DNA of 64,000 nucleotides from Amoebidium appalachense (GCA_963693365.1 CAVNZM010000006.1:8435355-8499354), one strand, 5' to 3'. Counted from the stretch's first letter, positions 46,403 through 61,701 are shown. The notes: generated by a model not told the origin, from the sequence alone. Translations and numbers: made by a program.

Positions 46403-48059
46403 ACACACTACCACCACCACCACCCACCCATCTCTCTGATGTTTGCTTGTGCCCCCACAGTCGCTGCTCGAACACGCCCAAAATGGCTGTCTGTCGGACC
46501 CCCCCGGCCTGCCCCTCTACTACGAGACCACTGCCGACGCAGATGGGCTCATGCGCTACCGCTGCATCCGGGGCACCAACGAGGTGGAGGGGGCAGTGCA
46601 CAACCCCCTGGCCACCCACTTTGGGGCCACACGCATGTCGCTGCGCCTGCTGGACGCCACCATGTCCAATAGGCGCCACCGCCACAACCTGCGTGCACAC
46701 TACCGCAACCGCCTGGGCCAGGCATCGGGGCCCCCCCACTACAGCCCCTGGATTGTTGACGACATGGAGGCACTGGCGCTGATGCTGTACGGCCATCACC
46801 TCGACCCCCAGTGGGTACCCGTAGGCTGCTACAAGCTACCGGAGGAGTACTTCAACTTTGCCCCGCTCTCCTGTGTGGCCAATGCCCCGGCGCAGGAGCC
46901 AGTTGCGGTGCCCGCACCCCCACCTCCGTCTGATAACATCGAGCCTGCAGCCAATGGCGTGATGGGCGGGCCAGAGGACTGTGAGGTCGAGGAGGGTGAC
47001 GGTGCTGCCATGGGGGGGGGCAACCAGGTGGCGCGTGGTGCACCACAGCCGGACCCTGCACTGAGGGGCGACTACAAGTTCCTGGCGCAGAAGCAACATG
47101 TGGCCATCCCCTTCCTTCCGGTGCTTACCCCTCAGGAGCGCAAGCTATTCAGCACGCTGCTCCTGGGCACCTACAAGGCACATGCAAAGCCCAACGGCCA
47201 GCTGTTCGAGGCTTTGGCCCAAGACTTCAACAAGGCTGCCTCTGTGGCTGGGGGAATCTACATGAAGGATGCGGCCTACATCAAGAAGCATTTCGACAAG
47301 TGGAAGACCTGGCAGACGGCACATGCACAGCGCTCCACACACGAGGGCCTGGCAGATCACCGCAAGCGTATGCGCGAGGAGAGGGCAGACGCTGTGCCAG
47401 CAACCATACGGCCTGCCCCCTTGCCACCCCTCCCTGTTCCAGACGGTGTCGATGCAGGGGCGCAGCGTGAGCGGCCCTTGCCCATGCTAGTGGGCAAAAA
47501 GCATCGCAACATTGGCCCTGAGGGGCCCCTGCAGATGGATTTGCCGGTGCCCCCTCCTATGCAGCCACCCCAGAGAGCCCCCAAGACCTGCAAGACGTGT
47601 GGCCGCCAGGGCAAGGGCTGCCCCGGCTCCAATCGGGCCAAGAGCTGCCCACGTTGGGTTGCAGCCAATCAGGATGCCATGCCACCAGCACCCGCGCTTG
47701 ACATGCAGCAGGGCCATGTGCCGCACATGCCCCCTGCACCCCATCCAGGCCCGCACCACCCACATGGCTGGCCCCCACCGTGGGGCATCATGCCGCCTCA
47801 GCCCGGCCCTGCCTTCCCCATGCCTGGGCTACTGCCGCAGCACGGTCCCCATCCTTACTTGGGCCATGTGGGCCAGCCCTCGGCTGGTGGGCAGTTCCCA
47901 CCCCCTTCTCGTGCATCTGCTGTGCTGGGCCTGGCGTTGCCACCTGCTGGAGAGACGCAGCTGCAATGGCACGATCGAAAGCAAAGTAATCGTGGCCGCA
48001 AGTCTGCAGGCAGCCAATCAGGATCTCAGAGTAGTCAGAGTAGCCAAACTAGTGTCTAA
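40152..48059 (+). CDS. DUF6729-type DDE/DxxH transposase with an inserted DEDDy (WRN/EXD2-like) 3'-5' exonuclease; 6 exons, ~1538 aa
   Basis: Exons 40152-41302, 42272-42460, 43436-44266, 44722-45362, 45834-46040 and 46461-48059 are phase-consistent after removing one A from the A10 run at 40230-40239. Motifs in order: GGAREGAGRK; WLP...CP...RRVIDFDSCYYIITARYFC..C...FPAYLSHRSGLD; LKADHTF (D1); NELGEIR; FYTDRCC (D2); VGLDCEW / KVG...D / YAALDA (Exo I-III); NDAFH (DxxH); RIRRVIP; LSDPPG; YRCIRGTNEVEG (E); C-terminal CKTC...C...C. Confidence 0.9.
43045..43348. repeat. Degenerate G-rich ~38-bp minisatellite (GTGGGCACATGGGTTTGGGGG core) in transposase intron 2
   Basis: About six recognisable units. 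Confidence 0.8.
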
Positions 48060-48498
48060 TATTGGAATGTACACCAATGTAACGGATCTCATATGTGTTG
48101 TAGTGCTTCAAGTTATACCTGTTCTTCGTACAGTCATGTTAGGGGGAGGGGGGGGGGGGGGGGGGGGGGGGGCTAGCTTTCATTCCGAAGTTTACTGTAA
48201 AGAATTAAAATTTAGAATCTGAGTAATAGTACAGAGCCTTTGCACTTTTCTCTGTTTGTTAGGAATTCTTTGTGATCGAGAGTATGGTGTGTTAGACTAT
48301 TGGTGTTAATGTGTCCTGGAAGGTGTATAATGTCTGCTGGCCGTAGTCAGTATCTATTTTTAGGTATATAGTATATTTTTAAATGTTGGCCGCTGGCCAA
48401 TAAATAGCAAATAATAAACACACGATAAAGTCAACAGCGTGCCAAAAAACTAATCCCCAGCGAGCGCACCCAGTGATGTGTGTGTGTGTGTGTGTGTC

Positions 48499-48565
<67 letters not shown>

Positions 48566-48725
48566 CGCGCGCGTGCGTGTGTGTGTGTGTGTGCGTGCGT
48601 GCGTGCGTGTGTGCGTGTGTGCGTGTGTGCGTGTGTGCGTGTGTGTGTGTGAGTGTGTGTGTGTGTGTGTGTATGTGTGGTGTGGTGTGTGCGCGGCTTG
48701 TACATATGTACGTGTTCATGTGCAC

Positions 48726-49205
48726 CTGTGTCGGACCTACGAAGTACATGAAAGTAAATTTTGACAGCATCGATCTGCCGGTGTGTATGTGTATGTGTGC
48801 CAGTGCAGCAGGTGTGCCTTGTAACTGATAGCTTCGCATTTTACGTGTGTGTATATATAGTAGTACGCATAGACACTTGCTGATCATTCGGATCGACATT
48901 AATATTTAATCTGTCGGTCCTCGGTTTTTTGAGTGAATGATGATCAAGTGTAAGAGCATTCACTTGGCAAGTATTAATGTTGCAGAGGCTAGCTGCAGCT
49001 GCAAGCGTCGGGTGCACACTGACAATTGTCTTTTCAGCGAGTCTAACCTGCAGGCAGCAGCTGCACACATATAGGGTTGTTATCTTGCGGCACATGCACG
49101 GTGATCATTTCAGAGTAATAGAGTTCAGAGCAATGAAAATAATGAAAATAACTAAACTTTGTGACTACTTTAAAGTTGCTGAGATCATACGTGGTGCAAG
49201 CTGCA
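48726..49205 (-). CDS. Internal exons of a hypothetical gene convergent with the transposase
   Basis: AG/GT-bounded exons 49205-49100, 49047-48877 and 48774-48726 join in frame with no stops (~108 aa: [17 protein letters not shown]...VRLAEKTIV...[16 protein letters not shown]). Start and stop not located. Confidence 0.35.
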
Positions 49206-49898
49206 CTATGAACACATGTATAGTGCTAGTAATTAATACATTTTTGTTGCCTTCTGCAGGGTTATCGTAGCTACGTCACGGCCTGCACTCAGGGGGGGGA
49301 GGGGGGGGGGGGGGGGAGAGGGGGATGATTCGAAGGGGGTATAAATAAGAACATGCACCTAAAGGTCTTTCCCGTGGATCCTCCCCCCTCCCCCCCCCAC
49401 CTCTCCCTCCCCCGGGGCCCCATACTATGATATCTAGGCCCAATATTATATGCCCCTTCCCCCCCCCCCCCCCCCCCTCCCCCCCTCTCCGGATCCCCGG
49501 ACCCCACTTCCCTACCCGGAGGCTCAAGAGCTCCCCCCTTCCCCCCCTTCCCCCCTCCCCCCCCCCCCCCCCCAAGGCTTACGGGGGCCCTTCTTCATCG
49601 AGGGGGAGGGGGTGGGGGTGGGGGGGGGGTGGGGGGAGGGGGTGGGGGGGAGGGAAGTGGAAGGCGGGGGTGGATGCATGTCAGCCTAGGTGAATTCAAT
49701 TGTTTAACTCCAGTGTGCAGGACTGGTCTGAAGGCTTAAGAAAACAACGAGGAAATGGGGTCCAGTGGAGGTGGTGGTGGTGTTCTGTGTGTGTGTGTAC
49801 ACGTGCACGTATGTGTGTGGTTTTTTTAAGGGGTGAGTGGTGGTGGTGGTGGTGGTGGTGGTCACCGTGGTGGTGGTGTGTGTGTCTGGTGTGTGTGT

Positions 49899-49944
<46 letters not shown>

Positions 49945-51273
49945 TAGAAAGAAAAACTGCTCGTGGGTCACTGTTTTTCGTCACTGTATTTGTAACGGGC
50001 CGCTCATATTTATATAACTACTTTAATTTAAGTACACGTGTTCATTATCATATACGATGGCCAAATATAGAAATTTTGGCGTCGAAGTTCTTGGAGCTAA
50101 AAAAACGTTTAAAAGGGGGAAATAATAGCTTGGCCCCAAATTTACCTTGCCGTTTTTAGCGAATGTATTTTTTATTCATGAGTTCTAGTGATTCAGTGAG
50201 TGCACGTGCCTGCCTCAGGCTGATCATGACAACTGCAACACACCATTCCTACATGGATATCAACCAAAAGAAAATAGTATATACTGTGGTGGTCTCCTAA
50301 ACCTTGTGCGGCATGCGCATACATGATATTACAGTGACGCATGTGCATATTATTGTTCTGTACACCGGAGTGTGCCGGTGCACGTGGCTGTTTTGTGCAC
50401 ATGTTACAATAGCAGCACGATCTCCCTAAACTCCATGTTTACACATCCCTCACCCTGGCTCTGCCTTGTCGGTGCTCCAAAACACACATACAAATCCCCC
50501 TAGACTCAGTGCCTGCACATGGTCGCATTCACGTGCAGGTCACGTGACACATGCGATGCCATACTGCCGTCTACAGCAACAACCACGGCAGCATGTATAC
50601 CGGCCCAGCACGAAATATACTTATCGGCAGCCCACTGAACTCGCCCATTTTCTCTTTTTCATGTATGTCCCTCCTTTTTTGTAAAATCACCCTTTTTGGC
50701 CTCCCGGTAGTGGATTTTGCAGGATTTGACTTCTTTGAGGTCCAAAAACCTCAAATTTTCCCCGGCGGGGCCGGGGAGGGAGAATTCAAAAATTGCCCGC
50801 TCCTGATATGGTACCCGGGCCATGCAAACGCGAACACAAACCACCAACAAAACAAGGTTAAGGCGACTGTTATAATATACGAGGTCCTACGTGTCTGTTT
50901 GCAGCCTTTCTTAGGCTATCTTTTGCTGTATCCCATCCATTTCATCTCACCACTAGAACTGCAAAAGCAAAATTCTGCGTCCATCTAATTGCGGACCGCG
51001 GTACCTCAGTGAACGGTTACATGTGCGCCTGGCGACGCCAATTGTTGCCATGGCCGTAATCACGTGAATGATGGCATTGAGACCAGAGGTAACGAATCAA
51101 AATGCGCATCATTAGTGTGTTTGTACATGTTTTGCACGATGTGCCCATAATTTAAGGGCAAAACTTTCTAGGTTTTTTGCTTCTCCGTAGACGTGAGTCT
51201 ACCTCAGTTCTCGAGCTTAGCTTGATCTTCCGAAGGCCGAACCTCCCCCCTCCCCCCCCCCGCTCACACACAC

Positions 51274-51361
<88 letters not shown>

Positions 51362-51378
51362 GGGGGGGGGGAGAGAGG

Positions 51379-51527
<149 letters not shown>

Positions 51528-51855
51528 AGACTCCTCGGAAAAGAAAGAAAGAAAGAAAAGAATAAAGAAAGAGAACGGAAAAGAAAAAGTAACGGAAAAG
51601 GTAAATAACGTTTTCACACGCCAACCAAGGCAAGAGGGATTGAGACACCGAAAAAGTTTCCGAGTCGAGCTTCAACCTGCTTTCACGGTGTATACGTAGG
51701 ATGCAGCCCCCCCCCCCCCCCCCCCCCCTCCCCCCCCCCCTCCCCCGCCTTCCCCCCCTCCTCCTCCCCCCCCCCCTCCCCCCCTCTCACTGTTACCCCC
51801 AACCCCACCCACCCACACATCCATCCAAATCCCCCTCCCCCCCCCCCCTCCCCCC

Positions 51856-51889
<34 letters not shown>

Positions 51890-52059
51890 CCCCCTCTCTT
51901 CCTACCCTCCTCCCAACACACACGTGCAAGCACACGTGAACGTAATTAATATTTTTAATTTTCGGCACACCAGGACCTGGTCTAACACACATAACCCCCA
52001 AATGCACAAAAACGGCCACGCACCCACATGTCGGACGGGTGTCAGACGTAAACAAAGGT

Positions 52060-52107
<48 letters not shown>

Positions 52108-52177
52108 CACACATGTACACACACACACACACACACACACACCGTGGCGCGCGCACGCACACACACACGCACACACA

Positions 52178-52240
<63 letters not shown>

Positions 52241-52366
52241 GTACACACACACACACACACTCCCCCCCCCCCCCCCACACACACACACATGTACACACAC
52301 ACACACACACACACTTCCCCCCCCCCCCCCCCCATACACACACACACACACACGCACACACGCTCC

Positions 52367-52397
<31 letters not shown>

Positions 52398-53062
52398 ACA
52401 ACAAAGGCACGTATGCACGTATGCAACTGGCTTACCAACACCCAAGGGTCACGGAATCCTATGTACTAACACAGATATTGGCCCTGCGTTTTGAGGCCCT
52501 TCGTCGGATGCCTGCAGCTGCCAGTATCGGCAACAAAGTGACGGCACACACCAACACGTTTCGTCGACTGCGTTTTTTTCTTTCCAAAAAAAAAAATTTC
52601 CGACGTTGGCGCTGAAATGTAACCCACTTTTTACAGGGATGTGTTTGCGGCTGAATATATGGACGGTGACAGCGGTAGTTGTGGGAACTCAGAATAGCTC
52701 AGGCAAACAGCAAGCTCGATGAGGCCCAATCGAATACCATTACCAGGCTGGGTGTATGGACGTGCTACTAGGCACACATGCAAGTGGGCAAGGCAGGCAG
52801 GCAAAGAGGGACACGGACCTGTGCGTAGGTGGCAGTCGCCTCAGTGATTGCACGAGTCGGCAGCGCGTAGTAGACATTAAGACAAGACAGGGTGAGAGAA
52901 GTTGAATTCGACTGATAATCTGAGAGAGTGTGTGTGTGTAGCAAGGCTGTATAGGGAGCCTGTGAGGATGAGGGGGCCTAGTAGTGTACGGGATATCTCC
53001 CGAATATCTCTCTCATACATGGCGGTATTTTTTGCTAGTTGCCGGGAAGTAAAGAAAGCCCT

Positions 53063-53213
53063 TCCCCATCGATGCGAGGCTAAGGTGTAAATCCTGGGCT
53101 CAGTAGTGTGTACTAGTCAGGTTAGGTTTGGCAAAACTCCCAAAAGTGTGTTGGCTTAGCTGAATGCACCTTTAGCACCCTAACTAGGGCACAGTCGGTG
53201 CTGTGTGGAAGAC
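53063..53213 (+). repeat. Dispersed ~150-bp block-conserved element, copy 2
   Basis: Homologous to the reverse complement of 9006-9153. Confidence 0.85.
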
Positions 53214-53376
53214 TACTGTTCCTACGGCACCCCTGGGGGGACCCTCCGGGAAACAAGAGGCGTACGTGATATTAAAAATAAAAAAAAGCAGGTCAATAGT
53301 GTTTCCACCTCGGCCACCAACGTTAGTGGTCTAGCTACTAGTAGGTGGTGACATGATTTCAGCGTGTGTATCACAC

Positions 53377-53444
<68 letters not shown>

Positions 53445-54408
53445 ACGGTGTGTGTGTGTTTACGGTGCACGTTGTGTCAGGCCCGGGTATGTGTGTGGTT
53501 TTGAGCGTGCACCTGTGTGTGTGTGCTCACCGTGCATATCACTGAGTGACCCAGGCACCTTGCGCATGCGCTTCAAATATATAAGAAAAATTTGACAAAG
53601 CCTTGGTTGAGCTTTAACACATGCGTATACTGCGTCACGGTACGGCGTGGTACAGAGTAAAATAAATGGTGCAAAGCTCATGAACCGTTATCAGTGAGCC
53701 GTGCAGCCTTCCGTGACGTATAACGTGTCATTTTTACGACTACATATCCCCCCTGTATTCCCCCCCCCCCCCCCCCCACCACCACGACCACGAAAAAAAA
53801 AGTTTATTTTAAAAAAACACGTGAAAAACACATGTCGTGCATACAAAATACAGTGACACGTGCCTCAATCACATCCCCCAGAAATTTGAACCATCCCCCC
53901 CCCTCCCCCCCCCCTCCCCCCCCCTTCCCCAAGAAAAAGAAGAAAAAAAAATGCCATGAAAGAAAAAAAAAGAAAGAAAGAGAAAAAGGAAAAGAAAAAG
54001 GAAAAGAAAAAGAAAGAAAAATCGAAAAAGAAGATCGGTGAGGTGCCCAGGTTCCGCATTGTACTGTGGTACTGTGATCTGATGCCGTCAGATACTTGAA
54101 GTACACAATGCGTTATACTGGACCGTTGAATATCCGGTACAAATAAAAAGTTTGCATTCAGTACATACAGAACGGTATGCAGAATCATTCTGAGCTTGGT
54201 ATACAAAAACTTGTTTAGGGTGCTTCTATACCGGGTCCCAGAAGCGCCTAAAAGTTTTGGGTATATACCGTATTGGCTCAAGTGAGTTCCTGAAATAACC
54301 TGCTGTCACGTCACTGGTTCCGCACGTTCGTGGCCCAGTGTGTGCGTGCATGCACGTACATCTCTCTCTCTCTCCCCCCCTCCCCCCCCCCCAACCTCCC
54401 CCCTCCCC

Positions 54409-54503
<95 letters not shown>

Positions 54504-54538
54504 CCCCCCCCCCCCCCCCTCAATCCCTCCCTCCCCGA

Positions 54539-54653
<115 letters not shown>

Positions 54654-55178
54654 GTGTGTGTGTGTCTGTGTGTCCATACATACGTATTGGTGTGAATTTG
54701 TGCTCAGTGTGTCACGGTCTAGTGATATGTGTTTGTCGAATTAATTCGTGCCTGAGTAACTGTTGCACTTCAGCCTCAGTATTAATCTCGGTGAGCTGTC
54801 TGTCTGTGTGCAAACAATATATTCAAGTCTGCTATATATGTCACTTACATACAGTGTGCCTTGGTCATCGTCATATACCAGTGCCGCCATAATGCATAAG
54901 ATAGGCACCGTGTTATGTAGCCTACTATAGTACACATAATGATGGTTTTTGGATTTGAATCATTGAACTCATTTAGTAGCAACTCAGTAATTGAAAACCC
55001 TCCTGGTCGTCTCCCAGGCCCCTGTGGCTCCCCGAAGTTTCTTCAAGTTGGGGGGCGGATATAAAATGAACTGAGATTCTGCCAATGCCGCCTGTGTAAT
55101 TTCCAAAACCCCGAATGACCCCAGTCGTTGGTGAGTGAGGTCGGTTAACGTTCCCTGCAGTCGACGTCCCCCCGGGCG

Positions 55179-55212
<34 letters not shown>

Positions 55213-56531
55213 GGCTGCAGTTTGTCACAGTGTGCACTGTGGTTTGGGGGGAACTGGCTGGGGGGGTCACCGGGGGTTGTACAGGGGCCCCGTGCAGGTG
55301 GGGGTGGGTGGGGGGGGGGGGACCTTAGGCTCCTTCGGAGGCTCCTCATGATGGGTGGTGAGCACCCCTCTGCCCCCTACCCCCACCCCCACTCCCACCC
55401 CCTCCCCTTTCGAAATAGTCGGTGGGCTGGCTGCTGGGACCCCCCCCCCCCCCCCCCCCCCCCCCGCCTCCCGGATCCCCCCCCCCCCCCCCCTCCCCCC
55501 CCCCCCCCAAAAAAAAAAGCCTACTACTCCTGATCTCCTTACGGTACATGACTTTGTGTGCCCGGGAAAAAGTTTAACTTTATGAACACACCACCAGGTG
55601 GCAGTGGACCAGGTGCTAGCAAGGTGTATATATATATATATATATATCATAGTATCATATAATATATAGTATGATATATATATATATATATATAATAGTA
55701 TGATATCAGTATGTGTCATGATGCCGTATGTATACTATGATAAGGAAAGTAGCCTGGATGCTTTTCGCTAACCGACAATGCATTGCCACTCAGCGGCTCC
55801 TCGTTCTGTGTGATCCCCCCTGCCCCGGCCCCACCAGGACGTCGACCCCCCCCCCCCTAAACACCCACCCACCCACCCCCCTCCCCACCCCCCCCCCCCC
55901 CCCCTCCAAGTCCTTAAATATCCACCAGGTTTGGTAGGGTCTATGATCTGATCTATGATCCTATAATATCACATCCGAAAAATTATACATTTACCCCATC
56001 CCTTTATCTCTTACGTGATGCATATGAAAGTTTCCTATTGATGTGTAGCCTGCAGAATCACACACTGTAGACATGTAAAGCATATGACGCACCGTTCGCG
56101 CGATCCATTTAAAACGTGGTATTGAAATTTTTGGATACCCGAGTCATAAATTTTAATAGGAAGAAGAAACAAACATTCAAGGAAGGCAGGGAGAAATGGG
56201 GGTGGGGTGGGTGGGTGGGTGGCTGGTGGTGGTGGTGGTGGTGGTGGGGGGGGGGGGGGGGGGGGGGGGGGAGGGGGGGGGGGGGGGAGGGGGGAGGGGG
56301 GGGGGGGGGGGGAGTGAACCCAGGGTGAATAGGGCAATGCAAAATTGAATAAACTTGAAAACTGTTTGCTTTTTTTTTTTGTTTTGTTTTTAATTTTTCT
56401 TTTTTGAGGGGGAGGGGGGGAAAGAGGGTTGGGAGGGGAATATTTTGAGATCAATTTCATTTCGAGTTGGTGCCAGAGACGCGGGTCTGGTCTTATGGTG
56501 TACACTCACTGATATTGTTTAACATATAGAC

Positions 56532-56602
<71 letters not shown>

Positions 56603-56847
56603 GTGTGTGTGTGTGTGTATGATCTGTATGTCACGTTTTTGTGTACGTTTGTGTGTGCCTGTGTGTGCGTAATGTGCTTTAATCGTACACCCGGCCCCAC
56701 AAGCTCTCAAGCGTGTGTGCATGCATTTGTGCCTTTGTGCATTTGTGCATTTGTGTGTCGCAAAGTTGACATGCCATGTATGTGTGTGTGGGTGTGTGTG
56801 CGCGCGCCTCACACGGCTCGGAGATGGGGACTTATGTGTGTGTGTGT

Positions 56848-56878
<31 letters not shown>

Positions 56879-56892
56879 GGGAGGGGGGGGGG

Positions 56893-56926
<34 letters not shown>

Positions 56927-57149
56927 GGGGCGAGGGGGGGGGGGGGGGGAAGGGGGGGGAGGGCGAGGAGCCCTCAGCGGAGGGGATGGGATGGAGGGAG
57001 GAGGGCAGGAGGGTAGGATGGAGGGAGGAACGGGCGGGGAGGGGGGGGGGGGAGGGGATGGGGTAGGGAGGGGGGGGGGGGGGGGGGGTTGCTTACCAAG
57101 GCCTCGTATCCTCAATGGAGTGCTATTTAGGAGGCCGTGGGGTTTAAAG

Positions 57150-59590
<2,441 letters not shown>

Positions 59591-59641
59591 AACCCCCCAA
59601 GCTTTCATACTCTACAACCTAATCTAATTTAAGTTTTAGGC

Positions 59642-61084
59642 TCACACAAATCCCCACATCTGGTTCTGGGGCTTATATCCGTTATCTGGCTTGCAATACC
59701 ACGAACAAACGGGCGAATTCATGCGATTGTGCCACACATCCAGACACAGCCTATTACCACTATTGATCAGACGATTTTTCACCCCAAATCTCCAATATCC
59801 CTGTGCCATTATCGATCTAGCGTTAATCGCACACGGAACAAGATCCAAAAACGCCGGTTTGGACGCGTCCCTATCCATCCTCGTACCAAGACATCTCCCA
59901 TTCGTCGATTTCACGCCCTTGGTAACGGGATCGACACAGAAAGTTAGTACCTGCGGCTGATTGCAATCGTAATTTACAAGTTTTCCTAAAGGATTTAGGC
60001 CAATACACTGCATTGTCAGCACGTTTTGGAGTCGCATCGTTCTCCCATGAGGGGCACACATCGGCATTACCGGAAGGGAATATTCGGACGCCTCAACTCC
60101 CTCGGTTTCGTTCATGGCATTTTGGACGTTTTCGAGTTCGAGCTCGATATCTTCGAGGGAGGGGTCGTTGGGGTCGGGGATGTACGTGGGCCTTGGGTCG
60201 TCCAGTGGGGAGGCAGGCATTTCCCCCTCTTCCTCGTAATCTTCATACTCGTTAGTTTCCGATCCCTCCGTTGTTTCACTTCCCTCGCTTGTGCCTTCCT
60301 TCTCCCACGACGCGATGTTAAGTGTTCCGTTCGTTTTGTCGGCCGTGTCAGTGGTGGTGTCGGTAGAGTTTCCGGTGTTTTCGGGAAGGATTTCTAAGGC
60401 GTTTTCGAGTGTCTCTTGCGCTGTTGAGGTTCCGTCGTGTTCGTTTTCCGAATCGATCGCGTTTTCGGAAAGAATTCCTTGTGCACCGGTCGAGTTTTCG
60501 GGGGGTTCGTTATCGGATTCCGAAGAAAGGTCCAAGTTCCCGAAATTTTCGCTCTCGTTTTCAGTTTCGGTGTTTTCCGGTGGAATGTGTGCGTCTTGGG
60601 TCACGGGCTCGTCTAAGTTTCCATCGGCTTCGCTGAAATTTGGACCAACATTGCTGGAGTTATCACCTGAACTCTGAGTGGAAACGGCAGTGTCTTGGCC
60701 TGGGGGGTTTACGTCCAAATTTCCATTCAACACCTCGGAATACTTTTCCTCTCCGGTATTTTCATTTCCGTTTTGCAGCTCTGCTTCGCTGTTTCCCGTT
60801 ATTGGTCCCCCTGTTTCATCGATACTTTCCCCATCCTCTCCCTCATCCGCGTAAGGATTGGGTATGATTGTGCCAGCGTGGCGAGCTTGGCGGATTCGGA
60901 GGTGGAGGGAAGGTGCCATGCGCGCGACTCTGCACGTGTCTGCAGAGACGCACGTGCCCTCGGAAATTGGGGAGGTGTAGTGGTCGACTAGGTTGAGAAA
61001 AACGAAAATAACGAGAAAGAAGAGGGTCAAATTTTGGGCTAGTAACTTGCACGAACGGCCCGTGTATTCGAATGCAGACGTCAT
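59642..61084 (-). CDS. Signal-anchored protein with an acidic Glu/Asn/Ser/Thr-rich stalk and a C-terminal ricin-B (beta-trefoil) lectin domain, 480 aa
   Basis: Intact single-exon ORF; hydrophobic LTLFFLVIFVFLNLV near the N-terminus; three Cys-paired subdomains (QCIGL...YDC, RCLG...VPC...YWRF, LCLDV...WYC...QNQMWGF) with QxW-like motifs. Confidence 0.9.
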   Translation of the reverse strand: MTSAFEYTGRSCKLLAQNLTLFFLVIFVFLNLVDHYTSPISEGTCVSADTCRVARMAPSLHLRIRQARHAGTIIPNPYADEGEDGESIDETGGPITGNSEAELQNGNENTGEEKYSEVLNGNLDVNPPGQDTAVSTQSSGDNSSNVGPNFSEADGNLDEPVTQDAHIPPENTETENESENFGNLDLSSESDNEPPENSTGAQGILSENAIDSENEHDGTSTAQETLENALEILPENTGNSTDTTTDTADKTNGTLNIASWEKEGTSEGSETTEGSETNEYEDYEEEGEMPASPLDDPRPTYIPDPNDPSLEDIELELENVQNAMNETEGVEASEYSLPVMPMCAPHGRTMRLQNVLTMQCIGLNPLGKLVNYDCNQPQVLTFCVDPVTKGVKSTNGRCLGTRMDRDASKPAFLDLVPCAINARSIMAQGYWRFGVKNRLINSGNRLCLDVWHNRMNSPVCSWYCKPDNGYKPQNQMWGFV

Positions 61085-61620
61085 GGCGTACGTCTGCTTG
61101 TGTATGTGCGCGTGTGTGTGTGTGTGTGTGTGTGTTTGCGTGTGTGCGCTGCTTTCTTTTTGTGTCTCCTTCTCCCGCCCGATGAAATGAATACATGTGT
61201 GTGTTTGTGTGTGTGAATGGAACTGGCGGGAAAAGTAGAAGGCTTCAACTTTGCCCGCTTGGGCCGAGGCTTATATATCTATCGACCAGAATAGGAATGG
61301 TAGATGCAGGTGATGATCTCATTCCAATTTACCTGTGTTTAAAAAAATAAACCGCCTTTGAAACATTATAAATAGTTTTGATTGGCTTTTTTATATTTTG
61401 AATTGAAAGTGATCTAGGCTGTAAGCTCTTGACTGTTTCAGGCTATTTTTAGAATCTTTGTGATTGGCTTACCTAAGCCCATATTGGGCAGGTGAAGCAC
61501 CTAATATGGTCGTTTCAAATCTTCCGCGTTCCATTACTAGCCAGTTCTCCCCCGCGGGTTGGTACATGCTACGCGTGCGCATGATGTGAACAGGCCAAAA
61601 AAAAAAAAAAAAAAAAAAAA

Positions 61621-61701
<81 letters not shown>

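Larger units (their letters stand above)
40010..50806 (+). mobile_element. Large DNA transposon carrying the DDE-exonuclease gene; boundaries tentative
   Basis: Transposase gene inside. Only a weak candidate TIR pair (TCAGGAattGGC at 40010 vs reverse complement TCAGGAgcgGGC ending 50806) and no target-site duplication seen. Confidence 0.35.

Noticed and set aside
43603-48222. Long antisense and alternative-frame ORFs over the transposase exons
   Set aside because: Shadow ORFs caused by high GC at third codon positions in the real coding frame.
53187-53201. GGCACAGTCGGTGCT resembling the Cas9 tracrRNA 3' hairpin
   Set aside because: Short match with no anti-repeat or nexus, and no RNA-guided nuclease (Cas9/IscB/TnpB/Fanzor) ORF recognised in the window.
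55625-55715. AT-rich quasi-palindrome
   Set aside because: Explained by the self-complementarity of (TA)n; no TSD or second copy.
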